A DNA stretch of 64,000 nucleotides, from positions 640,001 through 704,000 of the forward strand of contig CAVPOC010000003.1 in the NCBI GenBank assembly GCA_963706955.1, in the 5' to 3' direction. The notes beneath the pieces were generated by a model. That model searched no databases, was not told the DNA's origin, and worked only from the letters and a program-made list of their open reading frames with translations. The stretch's first letter is position 1, and the number at the start of each line of letters is the position of its first letter. Source of the DNA: an uncultured Verrucomicrobiae bacterium (GTDB taxonomy: Bacteria; Verrucomicrobiota; Verrucomicrobiia; Chthoniobacterales; Terrimicrobiaceae). The position numbers were made by a program, and so were the translations under genes. Positions 1-10,313 of this stretch are shown here, piece after piece.

Positions 1-1
1 G

Positions 2-3000
2 GGGGATGGAACGGCCTGGCCATACGAGGTGAAGGCGAACGGGGTCGTGCAGCCGATCGTCGAGCACGATGAACGACCTTCAGTGAAGTTGCCGGCAGGG
101 GTATTTCGACTCGAAGGCAACTATCGCTGGAGCGAAGTTCCGGCCAAACTGGCGATTCCAAAGGAAATTGGCATGCTCGTGCTGACGCTTCAGGGCGCCG
201 TCGTCGAATCGCCCGCGTGGGACGCAGAGGGCAACCTCTGGCTAAGACGAGACGGTGCCGCCGAGCAGGCCGAGGCAGATTTTCTCGGCATCAAAGTCTA
301 TGCCGTCCTCGAAGATGGCATTCCGCTTTGGCTTCGGAGCGAGATCGAGCTGAGCGTTTCGGGAAAAAATCGAGAAGAACAGATCGGTTCAATTCTGCCG
401 GAAGGCTGGAAGCTTGCGGCGGTCGATAGTCCGATTCCCGTGGCAGTGGATGATGCCGGCCAAATGAAAGCCCAAGTGCGTCCCGGCAAGTGGATCGTGC
501 ATCTGGACGCATTCCGTCTCGATAATGCCAAGGAAATCCGCTATGCGCCAGATGCCAGACCAGCGGTGGCGGAAGAATTGATCGGCTTTCGCGCTAACCC
601 GGAGTTGCGCATGGTTGAGATTCTCGGAGCGCTCCCCCGTCGACGTCTCACAAACGACTTTTCCCGAGCGATGGCGGGACCTGCCCGTTTACCGTTGGCT
701 AACTTCGTCGCCGCTGCGCATCGAAGAGCGGATGCGCGGAATGGGCACTCAGAAGCCGGAAGGCTTAAGGATCAGCCGTTCGCTGTGGCTGGATGAAAAC
801 GGACGCGGAATCACTTTCCGCGATAACATAGCGGGTCAGATGCAGCAGATCTGGCGCCTGGATACAGCTCCGGGGCAGGATCTCGGATCGGTCCTCTCGG
901 ATGGCCAGGGCCTGCTGATCACGCGCAATGCCAAAAGCGGAGCTGCAGGCGTCGAAATTCGCTCGCGCAATCTCAACCTTGAGGCCACCGGACGCATCGA
1001 ACACACGAGTGAACTTCCCGCATCAGGCTGGCAGGCAGACACCGATGCGTTGAACGTTACCCTTAATATTCCTCCTGGGTGGCGTCTTCTTGCGCTGTTC
1101 GGGGCAGATTGGGTCCGTGGAGATTGGCTGACTGCCTGGAGCCTGCTCGACCTTTTTCTTCTTCTGGTTTTTTCCCTGGCTGTCTTTCGCCTTTGGGGTC
1201 TGCGAACCGCTATCCTCGCTTTGCTCGCGTTCGGTCTCTCTTACCAGGAACCTGGAGCGCCGCGCTACGTTTGGCTGGTCCTGCTGATGCCTCTAGCCTT
1301 GCTTCGCGTGGTCCCAGCTGGCTGGGGACGCCGTCTCGTCAACGTCTGGAAATGGATCGCGATCGCGGCGCTGGTTTTCTTGCTGGTTCCGTTCGTGGCC
1401 AGACAAGTGCAGCAGGCATTGTACCCTCAACTTGAGTTTGTTGACGCGGTCCAGCCACTGTCCTCCCAGCGATTTGAAGCAGTCGACGTGCAGGCCGCCC
1501 CGCCGTCCGAGGCCGCCGACGAAGCCCGCGCGAAAGCGGCTGCGCCCCGCCGGGTCGCCCCGCCAAAGCTAGACAGCAATCTCGTGTATGAGCCGAACGC
1601 CCGCATCCAGACGGGGCCCGGTGTCCCCAACTGGACGTGGCGGGTGGCGACCTTTGGATGGAATGGACCGGTGCTGGCCTCGCAGAAGGTTCGTCCAATC
1701 CTCATTTCGCTTCTCGTCGAGCGCACGTTGACTGTGCTGCGTGTAATGCTTTTGCTCGCGCTGGCCTATATTCTTCTGAATGCTCGTCGAGCGCGGCCCT
1801 TGATCTTCGGACAGGCGGCCCGGGCAGGGATTTTCGCCCTCGTCCTTACTGGTTCGGCACTTCCCGGACAGGCACAGCTGCCCGATCAAGAGATGATAAA
1901 TACGCTGCGTAAGCGCCTGCTCGAGCGTTCCGACGCTTACCCCCATGCGGCTGACATTCCCTCTATTGCCGTCAAGTTGGACGATCGTCGCATGATCATC
2001 GATGCCGAGGTCCATGCCGCCATTCGCACGGCAGTTCCCCTGCCCGGGCATTTCCCTGGGTGGACTCCGACCTCGGTGCTCGTGGAGGAAGAACCGCAGG
2101 CACCCGTCCGCCGTGACGACAACTACCTCTGGGTCGTCGTCCCTCAGGGTGTCCACAAAGTGCACATCGAGGGAGTCCTGGCGGATGCCGAGGAATGGCA
2201 GCTGACATTTACGCTGAAGCCTCGCCAGATCACCATCGATGCGCCGGACTGGAACGTCAGCGGAGTCGGGCCGGACGGCGTCCCGGAGGAACAAATTTTC
2301 TTTGTTCGAAAGAGCAGGTCCACCACCGGAGAAGCAAGGTACGATCGACAGGAATTTCACACGGTTGCCGCCATCGAACGAAACCTGCAGCTTGGCCTCG
2401 CGTGGCAAGTGCGCTCGACAGCAAGGCGACTCTCACCGCCTGGCACAGCCATTGCCCTTCGCGTTCCTCTGCTGCCAGGCGAGAAGGTCCTTTCGGCCAA
2501 CACGAACGTAAAAGACAACATGATCGAAGTGCGCTTGGGGGCGAACGATTCAGAGTTCGTCTGGGAAAGCGAACTGGGGATGACGGATCAGATCAGCCTA
2601 ACTGCGAAGACCGACGCCACCTGGGTCGAACAATGGCGTCTGGTCGCCTCGCCCGTCTGGAACATCGACATTTCTGGTCTCGCACCGACTTTCGATCCGA
2701 GTAATCCGGAGCTCGTCCCAATCTGGTACCCTTGGCCTGGAGAAGCCGCTCAGCTGTCGATAAGCCGGCCAGAGGCCATTCCAGGACCGACCGTAACTAT
2801 CAACAGCGTCCAGCATGAGATCGCGCTCGGTAAACGGCAGCGCGTTTCGAGGCTGGACCTCTCGATCAGAAGCAGCCTCGGCGAAGACTTCCTGGTAGAT
2901 TTGCCTGCCGAGGCCGAAATCACTTCCCTTACGCAGAGCGGAAGAACGATCCCCGTCCGCAAGGACGGGACAAAACTCATTGTGCCTCTTCAACCGGGCG

Positions 3001-3732
3001 AGCAGCCGGTATCGGTGGGATGGAAAATCGACCGCACGCTCGGGCTTTTTCCGACTGCCGAGCAGGTTCGACTCCCTGTTCCGAGTGCGAATATCGAGAC
3101 CTCAATGCGCATCCCCGACGACCGGTGGATCCTCTGGGCGCACGGTCCTCTCCGCGGTCCCGCTGTGAGATTCTGGAGCATCCTGGCTTGCGCATTGATC
3201 GCAGCATGGGTGCTGGGTCGAATTTCGACCTCTCCGCTGCGATCCTTCGAATGGATGCTTCTCGCCATCGGACTCACCCAGGTTCCATTGCCGGCCGCCC
3301 TGGCCGTAGTCGGATGGTTGTTTTTCCTCGCCTGGCGAGGGCGGCCTTCATTCCTCGTCCCTTCCCGCATGGGGCTTCAATTTGCTTCAACTCTTGTTAA
3401 TCGCTTTGACGGCGGTGACTCTCGTCATCTTTGTGGCCGTGGTGGCAGCGGGTCTCCTGGGCAGTCCGGAAATGTTTATCTTGGGCAATGGCTCCCACCG
3501 GACGCTGCTTCGCTGGTATCAAGCGCGATCCGAGGCGGAGCTGCCCACGCCTGGATGTTTTGCAGTTTCCATCTGGTGGTATCGGATTCTCATGCTCGCC
3601 TGGGCTCTCTGGTTGGCAGCATCGCTCATTCGATGGCTCCGCTGGGCTTGGCACCAATTCGGCGGTGGAGGATACTTCCGAAAGATGGGAAAGAAGGCGC
3701 TCACGCCGCCGCCACTGCCTACTCAGGGGTAG
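2..3732 (+). CDS. Large uncharacterised multi-pass membrane protein (more than 1,240 aa, 5' end outside the window), with two apparent +1 frameshifts
   Basis: ORFs 29..796, 615..3809 and 3382..3732 join into one reading (…EILGALP|VDVSQ… and …FLVL|PAWGFNLLQ…) if one C is removed from the run at about 634-638 and one at about 3359-3361. There are several hydrophobic TM clusters and a C-terminal PPPLP. The frame is open back to position 2. Confidence 0.7.
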
Positions 3733-3786
3733 AGCAGTCGCGAAGGACATCGTGCATTCTTGTGGCCAAACCGCTACTGCGTTCAG

Positions 3787-3876
3787 AAGTGTTAAGTTTT
3801 AAGTCTTAAGTTTTAAGAGGGAGTACCCTGCGGATGAGTTGCGTTTGCCTTAAACTTAAAACTTTAAACATAAATT
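3787..3876. repeat. Inverted pair of AT-rich tandem heptamer repeats between convergent genes
   Basis: AAGTGTT-AAGTTTT-AAGTCTT-AAGTTTT-AAG (3787-3817) faces CTTAAA-CTTAAAA-CTTTAAA-CATAAA (3849-3874). Confidence 0.75.
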
Positions 3877-3878
3877 GT

Positions 3879-5171
3879 TCAGAGGCTATCGGGGTGCCAG
3901 CGCTGCCAATGATCGGCGTGCGTTGAAAGATAGGCGCCCTGCTTGAAAAATCGGTCATAAAACTCCAAATCGAGGTGATGAGCCTGGAGGTAGATAGTCG
4001 CGATCAGGCTTGGCACCGTTCCGGGAAACTTGCCGAAGGTGTCAAAGATGTACTGCGCCTGCAATGCCACACACGCACGAAAATCCTCGCTATGCACCTC
4101 GGCCGCCGAGCGCACAGTCGGCGAGTCCTTCCAGGGTCCAGGAGTCTCCGCATGGAATGGGCCGCCCCGGCCGAACTTGCGTTCGCAAAGCGTATCAACG
4201 GCCGCCCGCATATCTGCGAAATGGGGCGGGCAATAGGCCTCCATGACATCCTCGAGCCCGGTCGGATTCGGGTAGGGCCATCGAGCATCTGTGTCGAAAC
4301 GGAAACCCATTCCGGGAACCTCCGGCGTTCCACTGGCGCCGAGAACACTAAACGGATCGATCCCGTTGAACATCCATCCGCCAAGTCCCATCGCTTGAAG
4401 AAGAAGCGCGCCCGCGTAGCAGCTCGTCGCCAGCTCGGCGGTCACTTCGGTAAGGGACCATTGTTCGACAAAAGTCAGCGGCCAAGTGTTCTCGACATTG
4501 ACGATGTGCTTGAATTTCTCGATGCCGGGGATGGCTCTTCCGTTGATGTCGTCGCGCACAACAGACCCATTCTGCAGGAAGTAGCAAAGGGCAAGGAGCA
4601 CATGCTGCGCGAGATCGGCGACAGGGATGACCAGGAGTGTTCCGGGACCGTTGGCTACCCAGGTATTGTGCGGCTCCATGAAAGGAGGCTTCTGCGGAAG
4701 CCCTAGGCGGCCGTCCCTTATCTTGCGAATACGCTTGCGAACATCTGCCAACACGGCCTCAAGGTCGAGCGAGCCGTCGTCTTGCCTCTCTGCACTGGCC
4801 GGCGCGTCGCGATTATCCAAGACGTAGACGCCCTCGTCGTCGGTGAAGAATGTTTTGCTGGTATGAAAGCCCGCTGCGGAAGGAAATGATCGTCCAGAGG
4901 CCGCACCGGCGTAGTTGGAGAGATGTGGCGCGTAGAGCTCGGCACGAAAAATCATGTGATGCCAACCCGTATTCCCGCCGCATGCCAAAATGACGAGCAG
5001 CTTTTCGAGCTCCGAAAGAGGAACAGGATCATGGCGGGATTTGTAGGCCAGCACGCCATCTGGGATCTCTGCGCCCATAAAAAAGCGCCGTGACCGCCGG
5101 CCCAGTAGGGCTCTAACCAACGGGAAGTTGAGCATGTCTCCAAAACCGGGTGGAAATGTTGCTTGATCCAT
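3879..5171 (-). CDS. Nitroreductase-superfamily-like flavoprotein (long form, about 430 aa)
   Basis: RRSRRF and GRSFPSAA motifs resemble the FMN-binding RRSxR and PSA motifs. LQAMGLGGW resembles the family's C-terminal motif. Start placed at ATG 5171. Confidence 0.55.
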   Translation of the reverse strand: MDQATFPPGFGDMLNFPLVRALLGRRSRRFFMGAEIPDGVLAYKSRHDPVPLSELEKLLVILACGGNTGWHHMIFRAELYAPHLSNYAGAASGRSFPSAAGFHTSKTFFTDDEGVYVLDNRDAPASAERQDDGSLDLEAVLADVRKRIRKIRDGRLGLPQKPPFMEPHNTWVANGPGTLLVIPVADLAQHVLLALCYFLQNGSVVRDDINGRAIPGIEKFKHIVNVENTWPLTFVEQWSLTEVTAELATSCYAGALLLQAMGLGGWMFNGIDPFSVLGASGTPEVPGMGFRFDTDARWPYPNPTGLEDVMEAYCPPHFADMRAAVDTLCERKFGRGGPFHAETPGPWKDSPTVRSAAEVHSEDFRACVALQAQYIFDTFGKFPGTVPSLIATIYLQAHHLDLEFYDRFFKQGAYLSTHADHWQRWHPDSL

Positions 5172-5265
5172 AGTCTTCCCCACATACTCCCTCCGGGACA
5201 TTCCCGTCAAAACTCCTCTCGATGTGAAGTTCCGGAAGACCTGTGCAAGCATCCCGTGAGAACTT

Positions 5266-5604
5266 CTATCGATGCCACGCTTGGACCGGGCGCAAAGTCA
5301 TCGCTTTCCTGGGAGCTTGAAGCAGATCAGGAAGCATCTCCTCATAACGTTTCCGATAATCTTTCATCTGATTTCTGACAAACGCTTCCAGCGACGGCTC
5401 TCGCCATCTCTCGTACAGGGTGAACATACTTGGATCTCCTGTGCTTTGATCCAGTAGACAGGTCACGAAAGCGTCCTCCTGCGACATACGATCGATCAGC
5501 TCGATGACTGCTCTCTCCCAGTCTTCGACACGCTCTGGCTTGAGATGAAGCTGCACAATGAACACCAGCTCGTCGTCGGACGGAATTTCATTCCTTTCAC
5601 TCAT
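5266..5604 (-). CDS. Antibiotic biosynthesis monooxygenase (ABM)-domain protein, putative quinol monooxygenase
   Basis: 112 aa with LHLKPE…QED…DPSMFTLYERW, a typical ABM pattern. GGAGA lies upstream of ATG 5604. Confidence 0.7.
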   Translation of the reverse strand: MSERNEIPSDDELVFIVQLHLKPERVEDWERAVIELIDRMSQEDAFVTCLLDQSTGDPSMFTLYERWREPSLEAFVRNQMKDYRKRYEEMLPDLLQAPRKAMTLRPVQAWHR

Positions 5605-5886
5605 GGTCGTCTCTCCACAATGAATCTGCGTCCAACTATCTTTACTGTCGTCGGCTCGTCCAAGCAAACGTTGACCTATGGTGAGGACGATCGAAAGGAA
5701 TGGAAGAAAACGTCGTAGTCGCGATACCGCCCTTGCCGACGCAGAGTTAGAGCGTTTCTCAGACATTCAGAAACATGTGGAAGCGCCCTCACAACTCGTC
5801 GATTTTTGATACGGTAGAAAGCCCGCTTTCTGCAAAGAGAAGACTCCGGTGTGGCGAAGACCTCGGGCTTCTGCTAGCGGAAGCAT

Positions 5887-6768
5887 ATGTCGGTGCCCCA
5901 AAACACCATCGCGATCATTTACGATTACGATCAGACGCTCTCGCCTGCTTACATGCAGGAAGAGGCAATCTTTCCGGTCTTCGGGATCAACCCGGAGAAG
6001 TTCTGGAGGCGATGCGCCGAATTGGTGAAAGACGACGGCTACGACAACGAGTTGGCCTACATGAAGGTGTTGCTCGACTCTCTCGAGATGGATCGTCCGA
6101 CCACGGCTGAACTTCGCAGCCTGGGAAGCCGCCTCACATTTTACAAGGGATTGCCTGAGATGTTCGAAGAGTTCAAGCACGACCTGCTTTCCCCGGAACA
6201 TACGACTCACGGCATTACCGTCGAACATTACATCGTCTCCTCGGGACTGAAGGCGATCCTCGACGGCTGCGAGCTCGCTCCCTACGTCCGAGCGATCTTT
6301 GGCTGCGAGTTTGCGGAGGACTCACAAGGAAGAATCACTTTCCCGCGCCGTGTCATCAGTCACACCCAAAAGACACAGTTCTTGTTTCGGATCAACAAGG
6401 GCATGCTCGACATGAGCCAGGATGTAAACGACCACATGCCGCCAGAACTCCGCCCGATCCCGTTCCCCAACATGATTTACGTCGGTGACGGTCCCACAGA
6501 CGTGCCGTGCTTCACCGTGATGCGCCGCAACGGAGGCCAGGCGATCGCTGTCTACAATCCGGAAGATCCCTCGCGCTTGAGTTTCAAAAAATGCTACCAG
6601 CTCTGCACGCGCGCGGACAGGGTCCGAAACATTGCCCCTTCAGATTTTCGTCGTGGGAGTCACCTGCGCTTGCTCATCGAGGAAATGGTCCACGAAATCG
6701 CTAACCAAATGATCCAACATCGCCGCAATGAACTCGAAGCGGGAACAGTCCGCGCGCCCCGCTATTAG
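5887..6768 (+). CDS. HAD-superfamily hydrolase
   Basis: Motif I DYDQTL, motif II IVSSG, a conserved K, and motif [10 protein letters not shown]. Confidence 0.85.
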   Translation: MSVPQNTIAIIYDYDQTLSPAYMQEEAIFPVFGINPEKFWRRCAELVKDDGYDNELAYMKVLLDSLEMDRPTTAELRSLGSRLTFYKGLPEMFEEFKHDLLSPEHTTHGITVEHYIVSSGLKAILDGCELAPYVRAIFGCEFAEDSQGRITFPRRVISHTQKTQFLFRINKGMLDMSQDVNDHMPPELRPIPFPNMIYVGDGPTDVPCFTVMRRNGGQAIAVYNPEDPSRLSFKKCYQLCTRADRVRNIAPSDFRRGSHLRLLIEEMVHEIANQMIQHRRNELEAGTVRAPRY

Positions 6769-6815
6769 ATTCGCTAATTGGCGACGATCAATTGCGATCG
6801 TCTGGACTGCCGCGC

Positions 6816-6877
6816 TGTAGCGGCGGTGTCCCCACCGCCGGGGGAAGCCCTTCGACGATGGGGACATCGTCGCTACA
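6816..6877. repeat. GTAG-type REP doublet (REPIN-like)
   Basis: TGTAGCGGCGGTGTCCCCACCGCCG, a 12-nt spacer, then inverted TGTAGCGACGATGTCCCCATCGTCG. It lies between convergent genes. Confidence 0.8.
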
Positions 6878-7006
6878 AAAAGAATGGTGCGCACACCGCG
6901 CTATTAGCATTTGGTTGAGCAATAATCTCTCCGCTACAATGAATTCGGAAAAGATTTGCGGAGGCGTTTGTGCCAAACCGCCATACAACTCGTCCAGTTC
7001 GCCTAA

Positions 7007-9100
7007 TTAATCCTGTCCGGCTTGGATGGCGGTAATGGCGATCGTGTAAACGATGTCCTCGACCAGCGCGCCGCGGGAGAGATCGTTGACCGGGCGTCGG
7101 AGCCCCTGGAGCATCGGACCGATGCTGATCACATTGGCGCTGCGCTGGACAGCTTTGTAGGTGGTATTTCCCGTGTTCAGATCGGGAAAAATGAAGACGG
7201 TGGCACGGCCAGCGACCGGACTATCGGGCGCTTTGGTGGCGGCAACATCCGCCATCGATGCGGCATCATACTGGAGGGGTCCATCAAGCAACAAATCGGG
7301 CCGCTTGGTTTTGGCAATGCGGGTCGCTTCGCGCACCTTGTCGACGTCAGCGCCTGAGCCCGACTCGCCGGTTGAATAGCTAATCATCGCCACGCGTGCA
7401 GGAATCCCAAACCGCTCCGCGGAGTCAGCGCTTTGAATGGCAATATCGGCGAGCGTTTCGGCGTTGGGATCGGGATTCACCGCGCAATCGCCATACACCA
7501 GGACCTGGTCGGGAAGGCACATGAAAAAGATCGAGGAGACGACCTTCGCACCTGGCTTTGTCTTGATGATCTGCAGAGCTGGACGAATCGTATTGGCAGT
7601 CGAGTGCACTGCGCCGGAGACCAAACCATCCACCTCGGCTTGCGCCAGCATGACAGTGCCGAGCCAGACATTGTCCTTGAGCAGTTCGGCTGCGTCGTCC
7701 GGGGTGAGTCCCTTGTGCTTGCGCATCTCCACCAGCGGACCGACACAGTTCGCCCGGAGCAGCGAAGGGTCGAGGATTTCGAGGTTCTTTGGCAGTTCGA
7801 CCTCCAGGCCCGCAGCGACCCGTTGGATTTCCTCGGGATTTCCGAGCAGGACACAGCGGGCGATATTTCGCTGCGCGCAGAGCGCCGCCGCGCGAATTGT
7901 CCGCGGCTCATCGCCCTCGGGAAGGACGATTCGTTTCTCCGCCGCTCGAGCACGCTCGGTGACTCGATAGCAAAATGCCGCCGGCGACATACGGGTTTCG
8001 ACGGGAATGGCGGCGCGCGAAGCGATCCAGTCGGCATCAATGTAAAGGGCGACGTGATCCATCCCCAGTTGAACGCGTTCGATATCGTCTTCCGGGACCT
8101 CAGGGTCCATCTGATGGAGGCGGGTGGCCGTCTCCCAGCTGTTCGATTCGACTCGGATCACGGGCAGGCCAGTTTCCAACCCGGGTGCACTCAGGTTCCA
8201 GACGCGCTGATCCAGGTCAAACCCTCCCGTGAGCACCAGCCCGGCAATGGGAGTCTTCAAGGCGGCCAAGGCCACGGCCATGATTACGTCGCTGCGATCA
8301 ACTGGCGTCACCAAGATCGTCCCCGCCTGAAAGGTATGGAGCATATTGGGAACGGTGCGTGCCAGCACCGAAATTTTCTTTACCCGACGGCTCTGAATTT
8401 CGCCCTCGTGCAACACCTCACCGCCAAGGTGGCGGGCGATATCGATCGCGCGACAGGCCGTGAGGTCCGGATTTGGCGGGATGGCTCCGATCAGGTGGAA
8501 GCTGCCGCGCTCCAGCAGCCGGCTTTTCGCCGCGAGCGAGTCTCGAAGGGCATTCAGCGGCAGCTTTTGCGGGTCGGGCACATGATTGATGATGCAGCCG
8601 ATGATCGTGCCGGAATTCAGCCCTCCGTACTGAGTGGCAGCGACTTCCAAACGTTCGTCGAACTCCTCGATGGATAATCCGGCGAGCGATCCGGCCAGGA
8701 TGACCTGGGCACTCAGAGTTCTGACGAGCTGCACGTTGAGCGCGGCTCCAATCGGCATATCAGAAGAATGGGCCAGACCTTCAACCACGACGACGTCAGC
8801 GTTTGCGGACGATTCGTGAAAATCGCGCATCACGCGCTCCATCAACTCGTCGGTCCGATCAGAGGAAATCAGCCGTTCGGCTTCGTCCAAGGAAATGGGA
8901 AGCGGGGGCCGCAAGCTCGTCGTAGCGCGGACAAAATGTGTGGAACGCTCGGGTCCTGTGGTATGGGCGGCCGGTTGCCCGATAGGTTTGCAGAAGGCGA
9001 CGCGCACGCCGCGGTTGTCGAGCGCACGCACAAGCCCGAGAGCGACGGAGGTAAGCCCGACTTTGGCTCCGCAGGGAGCGAGGTAAAGCGTGTGAGGCAT
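7007..9100 (-). CDS. pta: Phosphate acetyltransferase (long form with BioD-like and DRTGG domains)
   Basis: 697 aa with RIVLPEG, GDCAVNPDP, DGPLQYDAA, GNTTYKAVQR and GPMLQGLRRPVNDLSRG. Adjacent to ackA. Confidence 0.96.
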   Translation of the reverse strand: MPHTLYLAPCGAKVGLTSVALGLVRALDNRGVRVAFCKPIGQPAAHTTGPERSTHFVRATTSLRPPLPISLDEAERLISSDRTDELMERVMRDFHESSANADVVVVEGLAHSSDMPIGAALNVQLVRTLSAQVILAGSLAGLSIEEFDERLEVAATQYGGLNSGTIIGCIINHVPDPQKLPLNALRDSLAAKSRLLERGSFHLIGAIPPNPDLTACRAIDIARHLGGEVLHEGEIQSRRVKKISVLARTVPNMLHTFQAGTILVTPVDRSDVIMAVALAALKTPIAGLVLTGGFDLDQRVWNLSAPGLETGLPVIRVESNSWETATRLHQMDPEVPEDDIERVQLGMDHVALYIDADWIASRAAIPVETRMSPAAFCYRVTERARAAEKRIVLPEGDEPRTIRAAALCAQRNIARCVLLGNPEEIQRVAAGLEVELPKNLEILDPSLLRANCVGPLVEMRKHKGLTPDDAAELLKDNVWLGTVMLAQAEVDGLVSGAVHSTANTIRPALQIIKTKPGAKVVSSIFFMCLPDQVLVYGDCAVNPDPNAETLADIAIQSADSAERFGIPARVAMISYSTGESGSGADVDKVREATRIAKTKRPDLLLDGPLQYDAASMADVAATKAPDSPVAGRATVFIFPDLNTGNTTYKAVQRSANVISIGPMLQGLRRPVNDLSRGALVEDIVYTIAITAIQAGQD

Positions 9101-9118
9101 TTGGAACTTGGGGTTGAA

Positions 9119-10291
9119 TTAAAGAAACCGTGACGTCTCGCGCGCGATGACGAGTTCTTCGTTGGTGGCGACCACGAGCGCGAGCAGTCCGGAGTCTTCG
9201 GTGGTGATCCTTCCGGCAGCGGACGCGCCGTTCTGCTCGTTGAGCTCCGAGTCAATCTTAGCTCCGAGAACACGAAGATTTTCGACCGTTCTTGTCCGAA
9301 CCGGAGCAGAGTTTTCGCCAATGCCACCCGTGAAGATCAGGGCATCAATGCGGTCGAGGCTGGCGCTCAGGCCCAGAATGGCTTTAGCCAACCGATAGCA
9401 GAATACGTCGACGGCAAGGTCCGCCCGGGTATTGCCGTCATTGATCGCCTGCACAAGGGTGCGCATGTCGTTGCTCAAACCGGAAATGCCGAGCAGGCCG
9501 CTTTCACGATTCAGAATGTTCGTTATCCCCGCCAAGTCGTAGTCGATGCGTCGGGACAGGTAGTCATGAAGATTCGGATCCACGTCTCCGCTTCGAGTTC
9601 CCATCACGAGTCCCTCCAGAGGTGTCAAGCCCATGGTCGTGTCAACACTGTGGCCTTCCTTGATCGCGCAGGCGCTGCAGCCGTTGCCAAGATGTGCGGT
9701 AATCAAGTCGAGCTCCTCGAGCGGCTTCCCAAGAACTTTCGCGGCCTGGCCCGCCACAAATCCATGACTTGTGCCATGGAATCCGTAGCGTCTCACCCTG
9801 AGGCCCTCATAGAAGCGGTACGGAATGGCGTAAAGGTATGCCCGGGGGGGCATCGTTTGATGAAAAGCGGTATCGAAAACCGCCACGTGCGGGACATCCG
9901 GGAAGCGCTGCATGGCAGCACGGATTCCCGTTAAATTGGCCGGATTGTGCAGCGGAGCCAGTTCAATGCATTCATCAATTCCCCGGACCACATTCGGGTC
10001 GATTTTGACACTCTCTTTAAATGCCTCTCCGCCATGAACAACCCGGTGACCGACTCCGACGATTTTGATGTCTCCCATCTCGCGGAGGATCTCGTCCAGA
10101 ACATCGATGTGCTTGGCATTGGGCAGCTCGACTTCATAGTTGACCCCCGCGAGGAACTTCGACTTGAGAGTGGCCTGCGGGGTACTCAAGCGCTCGGCGA
10201 GACCTTGAATCTGCGGCGTTCCATTCTCCGGATCGATGATCGAAAATTTGAGCGATGAGCTTCCGCAATTGATAACGAGAATAAAGGACAT
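9119..10291 (-). CDS. ackA: Acetate kinase
   Basis: ILVINCGSSSLKF, GHRVVHGG, APLHNP, RRYGFHGTSH, HLGNGCS, GTRSGD and FTGGIGENS. Confidence 0.97.
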   Translation of the reverse strand: MSFILVINCGSSSLKFSIIDPENGTPQIQGLAERLSTPQATLKSKFLAGVNYEVELPNAKHIDVLDEILREMGDIKIVGVGHRVVHGGEAFKESVKIDPNVVRGIDECIELAPLHNPANLTGIRAAMQRFPDVPHVAVFDTAFHQTMPPRAYLYAIPYRFYEGLRVRRYGFHGTSHGFVAGQAAKVLGKPLEELDLITAHLGNGCSACAIKEGHSVDTTMGLTPLEGLVMGTRSGDVDPNLHDYLSRRIDYDLAGITNILNRESGLLGISGLSNDMRTLVQAINDGNTRADLAVDVFCYRLAKAILGLSASLDRIDALIFTGGIGENSAPVRTRTVENLRVLGAKIDSELNEQNGASAAGRITTEDSGLLALVVATNEELVIARETSRFL

Positions 10292-10313
10292 GGGTCGGGG
10301 GTTGGAAGGTTTG

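Noticed and set aside
7433..8677. 414-aa plus-strand ORF
   Set aside because: Antisense shadow of pta, typical of GC-rich codon bias, with no motifs.
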